The notes under the pieces were generated by a model. It worked only from the letters and a program-made list of their open reading frames with translations, made no database searches and was not told where the DNA came from. DNA of 64,000 nt, taken from the NCBI GenBank assembly GCA_963833225.1, contig CAWHXD010000008.1, forward strand, positions 672,001-736,000. The letters run 5' to 3'. The position numbers and the translations under genes are program-made. The stretch is from an uncultured Chloroflexia bacterium (GTDB taxonomy: Bacteria > Chloroflexota > Limnocylindria > Limnocylindrales > CSP1-4). Positions within the stretch are counted from its first letter, which is position 1; each line of letters starts with the position of its first letter. Shown here in pieces: positions 19,329 through 28,050 of this stretch.

Positions 19329-20773
19329 CAGGTCGCGGGCTCCCCGGGCGTGGGTTCTGGCGGCGCCGGCGGCAGGCCATCCCCGTCGGGCGGCTCGACC
19401 GGCCTGGGTTCGCGGATCCGGGCGGGGATCCCGACCGCGAGCTTGCCGGGCGGGACGTCCCTGGTCACCACGGCACCGGCGCCCGTCCTTGAGCCGTCGC
19501 CCAGCGTGACCGGCGCGCGAAGCATCGTGTCGACGCCGAGGAACACCCCGTCGCCGATCGTGGTGCGGTGCTTGCTCACGCCGTCGTAGTTGGCCGTGAT
19601 CGTGCCCGCGCCGACGTTCGTGTCGGCGCCCACGTCGGCGTCGCCGAGATAGGAGCTGTGGTGCTGGCGGACGTGCTCGGCCAGCCGGCTGTTCTTGATC
19701 TCGGCGTAGTTGCCGATCTCGCTGCGCCGGCCGACGTGGGCGCCGGGGCGCAGGTGGCTGAACGGCCCGATCCTGACGTGGTCCTCCACCGTCGAGCGCT
19801 CGATCACGCTGGCCCAGACCACGCAGTCCGGGCCGATCACGCTGTCGATGATCTGCGAGCCCGAGGCGATCCGCGTCCGCTCACCGATGCGGGTGGCGCC
19901 CCTGAGCGCGACGTTGGGCTCGAGGACCACGTCCTCGGCGAGCTCCACGCCGTGATCGAGGTACACCGTGGAGGGATCCGCCATGGTCACGCCCGCCCGC
20001 ATCCAGCGGTCGTTCATCTCGACCCGCATGTCCCACTCGGCACGCGCCAGCTGGGCGCGGTCGTTGATCCCCGTCAGGCGCCCGTCGTCGTCCACGTCGA
20101 GCGCCGCCACGAGCCGCCCGTCCTCGCGGGCAAAGCGCACGAGATCCGTGAGATAGAGCTCCCCGGTCACCGGCGATGGCCGCAGGTCCCCGATCCGCCT
20201 CCGCAGCCAGGCCGCCTCGATCGCGTACAGGCCCGCGTTGATCTCGGTCGTGCCGCGCTCGTCGTCGGTCGCGTCCTTCTCCTCGACCACCCGCTCCACG
20301 GTGCCGCCTTCGTTGCGCACGACGCGCCCGAGGCCCGATGGATCGATCGCGTCCACGCTGACGAGCGAGATCGCGGCGGCGTCCATGCGCCGGGCCTCAA
20401 GAAGCGCGACCAGCAGCTCGGCGCCAACCAGCGGCACGTCGCCCGACACGACCAGCACGTCCTCGACGTCCGCGTCGAGGACCTCGAGAGCGGCCCGGAG
20501 CGCATCGCCGGTCCCGCGCGGGACCTCCTGGAGGGCGACGTCGGCACGCTCCGCCACGGCGTCCCGGACCGCCTCGGTGGCCGGCGAGTGGACGACGAGC
20601 GGCCGGGTCCCGGTGGCCGCGACGGCGGCGTCGAGCACATAGTCGATCATCGGCCGGCCGCACAGCGCGTGGAGGACCTTGGGGGTCGTGGACCGCATCC
20701 GCGTGCCGAGACCGGCCGCGAGCACCACCGCGACCGTCTGGCGCAAAGGAACGCCGGGACTTGAGGGGGTCAT
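19328..20773 (-). CDS. glmU: Bifunctional UDP-GlcNAc pyrophosphorylase / glucosamine-1-phosphate N-acetyltransferase
   Basis: LAAGLGTRMRS, EINAGLY, ELYLTD, hexapeptide repeats, SYLGDA, NYDG. Confidence 0.96.
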   Translation of the reverse strand: MTPSSPGVPLRQTVAVVLAAGLGTRMRSTTPKVLHALCGRPMIDYVLDAAVAATGTRPLVVHSPATEAVRDAVAERADVALQEVPRGTGDALRAALEVLDADVEDVLVVSGDVPLVGAELLVALLEARRMDAAAISLVSVDAIDPSGLGRVVRNEGGTVERVVEEKDATDDERGTTEINAGLYAIEAAWLRRRIGDLRPSPVTGELYLTDLVRFAREDGRLVAALDVDDDGRLTGINDRAQLARAEWDMRVEMNDRWMRAGVTMADPSTVYLDHGVELAEDVVLEPNVALRGATRIGERTRIASGSQIIDSVIGPDCVVWASVIERSTVEDHVRIGPFSHLRPGAHVGRRSEIGNYAEIKNSRLAEHVRQHHSSYLGDADVGADTNVGAGTITANYDGVSKHRTTIGDGVFLGVDTMLRAPVTLGDGSRTGAGAVVTRDVPPGKLAVGIPARIREPRPVEPPDGDGLPPAPPEPTPGEPAT

Positions 20774-20872
20774 GGGTTCGGGCGCCGCGGCGTTCGCCAA
20801 CGGACGGCCGCCGATTGGTCGGCGGCGGCGTCGCCCGGGATGGTGTGCGATGTCGTCATGTGAGGCCGCCCG

Positions 20873-20901
20873 ATTCTGGGGTGGGTGCGCGGGGGTGTCA
20901 A
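20873..20901 (-). promoter_or_regulatory. Sigma70-type promoter upstream of glmU
   Basis: TTGACA (20901-20896), 17-nt spacer, CAGAAT (20878-20873). Confidence 0.65.
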
Positions 20902-20936
20902 CCGCGCCCGCCGTGGCCGGTCGCCGGAGCGCACGC

Positions 20937-21320
20937 TCAGCGCTCGCGACGCGCGATCGCCTCGATCTCGACCCGGCCGCCCTTGGGCAGCGCCGCGACC
21001 TGGACGGTCGACCGGGCGGGAGGCGGATCCGGCATGAACCGGGCGTACACGGCGTTGACCACCGCGAAGTCCGCCATGTCGGCCAGGAAGATCGTGGTCT
21101 TGACGACGTCGGCCCAGGCGAGGCCGGCGGCATCGAGCACCGCGGCCAGGTTCCGGAGCGAGCGCTCCGCCTGGGCCTCCACGCCATCCACGAGCTCGCC
21201 GGTCGCGGGATCCAGCCCGAGCTGGCCACTGCAGAACAGCAGCCCGTCGATGGCGATGGCCTGGCTGTAGGGGCCGATGGCGGCCGGGGCGCCGGCCGTC
21301 GAGACGGTGAGGCGGGTCAT
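20937..21320 (-). CDS. ridA: RidA-family enamine/imine deaminase
   Basis: APAAIGPYSQA, CSGQLG, VVKTTIFL, PPARSTVQVAALPKGGRVEIEAIA. Confidence 0.93.
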   Translation of the reverse strand: MTRLTVSTAGAPAAIGPYSQAIAIDGLLFCSGQLGLDPATGELVDGVEAQAERSLRNLAAVLDAAGLAWADVVKTTIFLADMADFAVVNAVYARFMPDPPPARSTVQVAALPKGGRVEIEAIARRER

Positions 21321-22375
21321 GGCTCCCTCCCTGGGTGAGGCGTCGAGGCGGTGGTGGCGGGGGCGGGCTGGAACGCGAGGATCCGGGCGGCGGTCACGGA
21401 CGGCTCGTGCTGACCCGGCGCCGGCAGGTCGCCCGCGGCGATCGCCGCGCGGACGGCGTCGGCAGCCACCGTCGCCTCCGCATGGGAAGGATAGAGCGCC
21501 CAGTGGGTTGGCCCGGAGCCGCTCACCCCAACCGGCCGTCCGAGCAGCCGCAGCAGCGCCCGCTTGAACGGCACCAGCCCGGGCTCCACGATCATGGCCG
21601 CGGGCGCCAGGTCGTTGGCGGCGGCGAGCACCGAGGCGCGGGCGAGCAGGTCCACGACCCGCAGCTGACCGCGCCGGAGCTCGTCCGCGAGGTGTTGCGA
21701 GGCCAGCCGGGCGGCACCGCCGGCGACCCGGGCGCCCTCGTCCCAGGCCCGGAACGCAGCCGGCGTGGAGATGCCGCAGGACGGCGTGACGACCAGGAGG
21801 CCCGGCCGCGCGTGCGAGGCGTCCGCGTCCCGGAGCCAGGGCAACGGCGAGAGGCGCTCTCCGCGACCCTCGACAAGCGCCGCTCCCCCGGCGAGGAAGA
21901 ACGGGACGTCGGAGCCCAGCTCCGCCGCGAGCGCCCGGCGGGCGCCGGGGTCCAGCGTGACACCCCAGGCGTCGAGCGCCGCGTCGACGGCCGCGGCCGC
22001 ATCGGACGAGCCCCCCGCCAGTCCCGCGGCGATCGGGATCCGCTTCTCGAGGCGGGCGGCCAGGGCCGGCGGCGGCTCGGAGCGCCCCCACGCCGGGTGG
22101 GCCGCCCGGCGAGTCGCGCGGATCGCGCGCAGTACCAGGTTGTCGGCGGCGTCGATGCCCGGGTCGAAGCCGGTGACGTGGAGGCTGTCCTCGCGGCCCG
22201 GTGGCAGGACGGCCACGGAGAGGCGGTCCGCGAGGTCCAGCGGGACCATCACGGAGTGGAGCTCGTGGAAGCCGTCGGGGCGCGTGCCGAGCACGGCGAG
22301 CGTCAGGTTGACCTTGGCCGGCGCAAGCCGGACCACGGGCTCGAGACGGCGGGCTGGGTCGAACGAGGCCGTCAT
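21317..22375 (-). CDS. ispE: 4-diphosphocytidyl-2-C-methyl-D-erythritol kinase
   Basis: APAKVNLTL, GFHELHS, KRIPIAAGLAGGSSDAA, LGSDVPFF, VSGSGPT. Confidence 0.94.
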   Translation of the reverse strand: MTASFDPARRLEPVVRLAPAKVNLTLAVLGTRPDGFHELHSVMVPLDLADRLSVAVLPPGREDSLHVTGFDPGIDAADNLVLRAIRATRRAAHPAWGRSEPPPALAARLEKRIPIAAGLAGGSSDAAAAVDAALDAWGVTLDPGARRALAAELGSDVPFFLAGGAALVEGRGERLSPLPWLRDADASHARPGLLVVTPSCGISTPAAFRAWDEGARVAGGAARLASQHLADELRRGQLRVVDLLARASVLAAANDLAPAAMIVEPGLVPFKRALLRLLGRPVGVSGSGPTHWALYPSHAEATVAADAVRAAIAAGDLPAPGQHEPSVTAARILAFQPAPATTASTPHPGREP

Positions 22376-22383
22376 CGCGCGGC

Positions 22384-23262
22384 TCAGCGGGCTTCCGGGA
22401 TCTCGCCGAGGGCCTCCACGAGGGCCAGCCACTCCCCCACCGCGAGGGTCTGCGGGCGGCGATCGCGGGCGATCCCGGTGGCCTCGAGGGCCGCGTCAAC
22501 CCGCTCGGGCGGGATGGGCAGCTGGCGGGTGAGCACGTTGTGGAGCATCTTGCGCCGCTCGCGAAATCCCGCCTGGACCACCCGCCACAGGCCGTCCTCC
22601 GCCTCGGCGTCGAGGCGGTCGTCGGCGTCGAACGGCTCCAGCACCAGGATCGCGGATTCCACCTTGGGCGCGGGCTCGAAGGCTTCCCTGGGCACCCGGA
22701 ACGCGACCCGCGCCCGGGCGTGGTACTGGCAGAACACCGAGAGGTAGCTCATCTCGCCGGGCGGGGCCGCGACCCGCTCCGCGACCTCGCGCTGGACCAT
22801 CAGCACCAGGCGCTCCGGGCGGGGGGCCTTGCCCAGCAGCCGGTGGAGGATGGGGCTGGTGATGTGATACGGGATGTTGGCGACCACGTCGTACGGCTCC
22901 GGCACCAGCCGGACCAGGTCCTGGTCGAGCGCGTCACCCTCCACGACCCGCAGGGCGCCGGTGTCGAGCTCGTCGGCGAAGGTCTCGCGCAGCAGCGCCA
23001 CCAGGCCCCGGTCGAGCTCCACGGCCGTCACCTGCGCACCGGCCGCCAGCAGGCCGCCGGTCAGGAACCCCAGCCCGGGCCCGATCTCCAGGACACCGCG
23101 CCCCGGTACGGGATTCGCCTCGCGCAGGATGCCCTCGAGGACGTCCACGTCGGCCAGGAAGTTCTGCGACAGGTTGTGACGCGGACGGAGGCCGGCCTCG
23201 CGCAGCCGCCGCTGGACGAAGCGTGGATCGAGGCGGAGATCGGCCGGGCGGGATCCGTTCAT
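22384..23262 (-). CDS. rsmA: 16S rRNA m6,2A dimethyltransferase
   Basis: LSQNFL, VLEIGPGLG, VANIPYHITSP, MVQREVAER, PAPKVES. Confidence 0.95.
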   Translation of the reverse strand: MNGSRPADLRLDPRFVQRRLREAGLRPRHNLSQNFLADVDVLEGILREANPVPGRGVLEIGPGLGFLTGGLLAAGAQVTAVELDRGLVALLRETFADELDTGALRVVEGDALDQDLVRLVPEPYDVVANIPYHITSPILHRLLGKAPRPERLVLMVQREVAERVAAPPGEMSYLSVFCQYHARARVAFRVPREAFEPAPKVESAILVLEPFDADDRLDAEAEDGLWRVVQAGFRERRKMLHNVLTRQLPIPPERVDAALEATGIARDRRPQTLAVGEWLALVEALGEIPEAR

Positions 23263-24326
23263 CGGGCCAGCGGCAGCGAGGGACGCGCGTCGAGGTCCAG
23301 CCCCGCCCGCACGCCGGCGGCCAGCCGCCGGGCTCCCGCCGCCCCGATCATGGCGCCGTTGTCGGTGCACAGGCCGGGCCGCGGAATGACCAGCGCCATC
23401 CCGCGCGCCTCCGCCTCGGCCGTGATCCGCCCCCGGAGCGCGGTGTTCGCCGCCACCCCGCCGCCCATGACGATCCCCCGGGCGCCCGCCTCCTCGGCAG
23501 CTCGGATCGTCTTGGTCGCGAGCACGTCCACCACGGAATCCTGGAAGCCCCAGGCGAGCTCCGCGATCACGCCGTCCGGCAGCGACCCGCCCTCGCGGGC
23601 ATCGGCCGGCAGGCCCGCATCGGTCCGCGCCTGGCCCACGGCGCGCCGCGCCGCCGTCTTGAGGCCCGAGAACGACAGGTCGTACGAGTCACCCATCCAG
23701 GCCCGCGGGAAGACGTGATCGCGGGTGGTGGCGCCCTCGGCCGCCCGGGAGATCTCCGGACCACCGGGGTAGCCCAGGCCGAGCAACCGGCCCACCTTGT
23801 CGAACGCCTCGCCGGCCGCATCGTCCACGGTCGTCCCGAGCAGGCGATAGGCCAGGTGGTCGGGCATCTCCACGATGAAGGAGTGACCGCCCGAGACGAC
23901 CAGGGCGACCAGCGGGAACGGCGGCTCCTCGCGCTCGGCCTCCCCCGGGTCCAGCAGCCAGCCGGCGTAGACATGCCCCTCCAGGTGGTTCACCGGGACC
24001 AGCGGCAGGCCGTGCGCCCACGCGAGCGTCTTGGCGAAGTTGATGCCGACCAGCAGCGACCCCGCCAGCCCCGGGCCGTAGGTGACCGCCACCGCGTCCA
24101 CGTCGGCCATCGTGACGCCGGCGGTCGCGAGCGCCTCGTCCAGCACCGGCACGATCCAGCGAAGGTGGGCGCGGGCCGCCACCTCGGGCACGATGCCCCC
24201 CGTGGGCGCATGCAGCGCGACCTGGCTCGCGACGACGTTGGCGTGGATCCGGCGTCCGCCCTCCACGAGGGCGATCCCCGTCTCGTCGCACGAGCTCTCG
24301 ATCGCGAGCAGCAGGGGTCCGCTCAT
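23259..24326 (-). CDS. tsaD: tRNA t6A synthesis protein TsaD (in-frame with upstream RimI in this sequence)
   Basis: LAIESSCDETG, GGIVPEVAARAH, NHLEGH, VSGGH, DDAAGEAFDKV, CTDNGAMI. Confidence 0.95.
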   Translation of the reverse strand: MSGPLLLAIESSCDETGIALVEGGRRIHANVVASQVALHAPTGGIVPEVAARAHLRWIVPVLDEALATAGVTMADVDAVAVTYGPGLAGSLLVGINFAKTLAWAHGLPLVPVNHLEGHVYAGWLLDPGEAEREEPPFPLVALVVSGGHSFIVEMPDHLAYRLLGTTVDDAAGEAFDKVGRLLGLGYPGGPEISRAAEGATTRDHVFPRAWMGDSYDLSFSGLKTAARRAVGQARTDAGLPADAREGGSLPDGVIAELAWGFQDSVVDVLATKTIRAAEEAGARGIVMGGGVAANTALRGRITAEAEARGMALVIPRPGLCTDNGAMIGAAGARRLAAGVRAGLDLDARPSLPLAR

Positions 24327-24905
24327 GCCCAGGTCCCCGCCCCGTCGGCCGGCGCATCCACGTCGTCGGGCACGGCATCGGGCGCCGGGGCCGGCATCGA
24401 GCTCGGCGCGGAGGGCAGCGATCCGTGACCGCATCCGCTCCTCGGCGAGCGGCTCGGTGGTCATGATCAGTGCGTCCTCTCCGTTGTCGCTGTAGTAGCG
24501 CGGCCGGATGCCAACGGGACGGAAGCCGTACTTCTCGTACAGCCGCCTGGCGGCCAGGTTGGACAGCCGGACCTCGAGGGTCGCCTCGCGGGCATGGCGG
24601 TCGAGCGCGAGGTCCATCAGCGAGAGCAGCAGGCGCTCCCCGATCCGGCGGCGCCGGTACCGCGGGTGGACCGCGAAGGTGGTGACATGCGCCTCGTCGA
24701 CCATCAGCCAGATCCCGCCATAGGCCACGATCTCGCCGTCGATCGTCCCGACGAGGTACATCGCGAGCCGGTTGGCCTCCAGCTCCTGGCGATAGGCGTG
24801 GGCGGGCCAGGGCGTGGTGAACGATGCCCGCTCGATGAGCTGGACGGCCGGCAGGTCGGCCACCGTCATCGGGCGGATCTGGAGGACCGGAACCCGGATG
24901 CTCAC
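24323..24905 (-). CDS. rimI: Ribosomal-protein-alanine N-acetyltransferase (end given is the TGA in the alternative frame)
   Basis: ERASFTTPW, DEAHVTTFAV, TLEVRLSN, RPRYYSDNGEDALIM. Confidence 0.9.
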
Positions 24906-25585
24906 CCGGCGCCTCCGGTCAGCTCGACGGCGTCGTCACCGGGCGCGTCACGCACGCCCCGCGGCAGGGTGACGTACTCGGGGACCAGGCGGGCGAGGTC
25001 GTCGGCGTCGCCCGCGGCGAGACGGGCCGCCCCCGCGGCGAGGAGCGCCCCGGCCAGGTCGGCGCGGGCGGCGTCCCCGCGGGCCTGCGCATCTTCTGGG
25101 GCCCGTCCGGCGAGGTCCACCGCGACCAGGCGCTCGCCCGGGCGCAGCTCTGGCTCGGTACCGCCGGGCAGGATCACCGGTGTCGCCCCAGGGCGCGACA
25201 GGACGCGGTCGGAGGGGCCGGCGGGCTGGAGCAGCGCGGCTGGCGTCCCGAGCGCGTCACCGGCGCTCGCGAGGAGCGCGCTGGACGTGGCCACGCCCGC
25301 GATCGGGAGCCGGAGCGCGTGGGCGAGGCCCTTCGCGGTGGCGAGACCGACACGGAGCCCGGTGAAGGCGCCAGGACCGGTCCCCACGACCAGCCCGCCC
25401 AGGTCCGACGGGGCCACGCCTCGGTCGCGCAGCAGGGCCTCGATGCGCGTCAGCAGCTCCTCGCCGTGCCGGTAGCCCGCGGTCCAGTCCCGCGCCTCGA
25501 CGACCGTCCCGTCGGGGGCGCCGAGCGCGATCACCGCCCGGGTGGTGGCGGTGTCGATCACGAGGATCGGGCCGTCGGCCGTCAT
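24902..25585 (-). CDS. tsaB: tRNA t6A synthesis protein TsaB
   Basis: LVIDTAT, RHGEEL, GTGPGAFTGLRVGLATAKGLA, LVPEY. Confidence 0.92.
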   Translation of the reverse strand: MTADGPILVIDTATTRAVIALGAPDGTVVEARDWTAGYRHGEELLTRIEALLRDRGVAPSDLGGLVVGTGPGAFTGLRVGLATAKGLAHALRLPIAGVATSSALLASAGDALGTPAALLQPAGPSDRVLSRPGATPVILPGGTEPELRPGERLVAVDLAGRAPEDAQARGDAARADLAGALLAAGAARLAAGDADDLARLVPEYVTLPRGVRDAPGDDAVELTGGAG

Positions 25586-26055
25586 GCGGCGGCCTCCAGG
25601 TAGCGCGCGTAGGCCGGGTCCCCGGAGCGGAGGCGGAGGCGGCGCGGCTCGTCGCCCGTGCCGTCGATCATCACGTCGAGGCGGCTCGCGGGCAGCGCTC
25701 GCCCCAGTCGCTCGGCCCACTCCACCAGCACGACGCCCTCGAGCTGCCGCTCGTCGAGGAGGCCACCAGCGAGGGCATCGGCAGCATCCTCGATCCGGTA
25801 CAGGTCAAGGTGGAACATCGGCAGCCGGCCCAGGTACTCGGTCATCAGGACGAAGGTGGGCGAGCTGACGATGTCGTCGATCCCGAGGCCGACCGCAAAG
25901 CCCTTGGCGAACTGGGTCTTGCCCGCGCCGAGGTCGCCGACCAGGCACAGCAGGTCACCCGGCCGGGCGACGACGGCCAGGCGGGCGGCGAGCGATCGGG
26001 TCTGGGCGGGGTCGAGCGTCGTGACGACGCGCTCCGCCGGCGGGGGCGTGGACAC
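25582..26055 (-). CDS. tsaE: tRNA t6A synthesis ATPase TsaE
   Basis: GDLGAGKT, VSSPTF, HLDLYR, LVEWAER; GTG start at 26055. Confidence 0.94.
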   Translation of the reverse strand: MSTPPPAERVVTTLDPAQTRSLAARLAVVARPGDLLCLVGDLGAGKTQFAKGFAVGLGIDDIVSSPTFVLMTEYLGRLPMFHLDLYRIEDAADALAGGLLDERQLEGVVLVEWAERLGRALPASRLDVMIDGTGDEPRRLRLRSGDPAYARYLEAAA

Positions 26056-26094
26056 TGGGGCCGAGGGTAGCCGAAGCGGACGGGCGCCGCCGCC

Positions 26095-26303
26095 CGTCCT
26101 CTCCAGGGGGCCGCGCCGGTGCCCAGGGCAGTCAAGTCGCTGGTCGGCGACGGAGCTTCTGGTTGTGGGCTGTCGGACGCACCAACGGCACCTCCTGGCC
26201 CTGCGACAATCGCACCTTGACCAAGAGTCGCCGCCGGAACAGGATCCCGTCACACGACTAGCGTGCCGCCGCCGAGTGGGATCGAGCGGGCCGGGAGAGG
26301 ACG
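26095..26303 (+). repeat. Long imperfect inverted repeat (rod hairpin C) ending on the RBS of the next gene
   Basis: CGTCCTCTCC (26095-26104) pairs with GGAGAGGACG (26294-26303); CGCTGGTCG (26138-26146) pairs with CGACTAGCG (26255-26263); further inner helices. Confidence 0.65.
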
Positions 26304-26732
26304 ATGCGTCAGGTCAGTCGGATCGGATGGGCGGGATTGGCGATCTTCGCAGCAGCTCTGGCGATCGGGCTGGTTGTTGCGGTCGGGTCAGCCATCGCCG
26401 CCGGCGACTGGGACCTCGCCCGGCAACCCTGGATCGGCATCGGGATGACGCTGATCGTCGTCGGACTGGCTGGCACGGCCGGCTTCGCGGTGTTGCTCGA
26501 CGTGATCGAGCCGATCGGCTGGTGGCGGCTTCTCGCCGTGCCGCCTGCGTTGCTGGTCGGGGGCTTCTGGGCGTTCGTGACGATCTTCGGACTGCCGACG
26601 TCGGGGGGTCCTGATTTCGACGTGGCGACCATCCTGTACACGCTGCCGGTGATGATGGGCGTGCTGGTGATTGCCACGGTCGCCCTGGCCGTGCCCGCCG
26701 CGGTCGGTCGCCGTGCCGCCGCTGGTCGCTGA
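26304..26732 (+). CDS. Hypothetical 4-TM membrane protein
   Basis: Four hydrophobic stretches; GGAGAGG RBS; lone plus-strand gene within a minus-strand run. Confidence 0.7.
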   Translation: MRQVSRIGWAGLAIFAAALAIGLVVAVGSAIAAGDWDLARQPWIGIGMTLIVVGLAGTAGFAVLLDVIEPIGWWRLLAVPPALLVGGFWAFVTIFGLPTSGGPDFDVATILYTLPVMMGVLVIATVALAVPAAVGRRAAAGR

Positions 26733-26802
26733 TCGCCACCCAGGCCCAGGGGTTTCGGGAATCGAATAGCCCGCGGGCCGGCCGGGTGCCCGCCGAGTCT
26801 GA

Positions 26803-27004
26803 CGCGGTGTCGTGCGCGTGTGAGCCGTCAGCCGGTCAGCGACCCAACGGTCGGCCACGTACAACGATTGCGTCGTCCGGCGGCGCGATTGTTCCGTGGG
26901 TGGATCGCCCACCCGATGAATGTGACGCGCGGTGGCGCGGATGTCGCCTGGAACAGACCGTTGGGCCGCTGGCGGGACCGCTCGCCGGCACGCGCGAGAC
27001 CGCG
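26803..27004. repeat. Long imperfect inverted repeat (rod hairpin D); structured ncRNA candidate
   Basis: Pairings: 26803-26808/26999-27004, 26837-26852/26956-26971 (15 of 16), apex 26896-26902/26906-26912. Confidence 0.65.
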
Positions 27005-27042
27005 GGCGGGCGCCGCCGACCGTGCGCTCCGGTCGCGCCGGC

Positions 27043-28050
27043 TCAGACGAGGCGCTCGAGATCGCCGACGGGGACGTCAACCGACGGCTGCCCCGGGATC
27101 GCGATCCGGGCGGCCTCGGTGACCACGTTGGCCGCGAACCGGCGCGCACCCAGCATCTCGATCACGCGACCCTCGAGCCCGGCGCTGGCCCCACTCCGGA
27201 TCCGGACCCAGTCGGCATCCGCGACCGGCAGGTCACCGGGGTCGGCGTCGAAGACGAGGGCGGGGGGGTCGACCAGCAGGGCGACATCGGCGCCCGCCAT
27301 GCGCTCGAGGATGACCGCCACGGGGCTGGCGATCGGCCGGCGGACCACGCCGTCGAGCACGAGCACACCGAACGGCGCCACGCTATGGAGCGACGCCCGC
27401 TGGCGTCGTTCCGACGCCTCGAAGTCCCGCAGCTCCTTGCCGGGCAGCGTCGCGACCACGATCCCCCGCGCGCCCATCGCCCGGGCCCGGGTCAGGGCCT
27501 CCGCATCGATGCGAGCGCCAACCACCAGGATCGCGCCGGCCCGGCCGACATCGATGCCACCCGCCCGCAGCTCACCGGACGGATCGGTCGCAAGCTCGAG
27601 ACGCCCCCGTGTCGCCGAACCCGCGGCAAACGCACCGCGCAGGGCCGGGCCGGCTGCCCGGACGCGGATCTCCCCACCGGGCTGGACGACGGTGACCACG
27701 CCCGGCATGGGCGAGTCGACGATGTCGCGGTGCTGGCCGGTGACCAGGCGCCATCGCTCCCGGCGTCCCGGCAGCCGGGCGAGCAGCTCGCCGTCGTGAT
27801 CGCGACGGCGACCGGGAACGGCGGTCCAGCGGGTGCCGGCCACGGGGTGTGCGTCGTCGGTCCCCGACCGGACGTCGATCTCCTCGATCCGCCGGTCGCG
27901 GAGGTGCTCGAGCAGCGGGTCACCGGCCTCGACCGAGGCGCCCGGGTCCACGAGCGACCGGTCTCCGGGCGGCAGCGCGAACCGGGCCTCGAGACCGTGA
28001 GCGAGGAGCGCCCGCGACGGGACCTCATCAAGCCAGTCGGACGGGGTCAC
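27043..28050 (-). CDS. Uncharacterised partner of the GlmL-like protein (barrel-sandwich-like N-terminus, beta/beta/alpha core, KOW-like C-terminus)
   Basis: LVDPGASVEAGDPL; VDSPMPGVV; ILVVGARIDAEALTRARAMGARGIVV; VRIRSGASAGLEGRVIE; GTGA overlap with the upstream gene. Confidence 0.7.
   Translation of the reverse strand: MTPSDWLDEVPSRALLAHGLEARFALPPGDRSLVDPGASVEAGDPLLEHLRDRRIEEIDVRSGTDDAHPVAGTRWTAVPGRRRDHDGELLARLPGRRERWRLVTGQHRDIVDSPMPGVVTVVQPGGEIRVRAAGPALRGAFAAGSATRGRLELATDPSGELRAGGIDVGRAGAILVVGARIDAEALTRARAMGARGIVVATLPGKELRDFEASERRQRASLHSVAPFGVLVLDGVVRRPIASPVAVILERMAGADVALLVDPPALVFDADPGDLPVADADWVRIRSGASAGLEGRVIEMLGARRFAANVVTEAARIAIPGQPSVDVPVGDLERLV

Noticed and set aside
26095-27004. Bona fide integron cassette array
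   Set aside because: No integrase, only one attC-like heptamer pair, and no clear L boxes; kept only as a hypothesis
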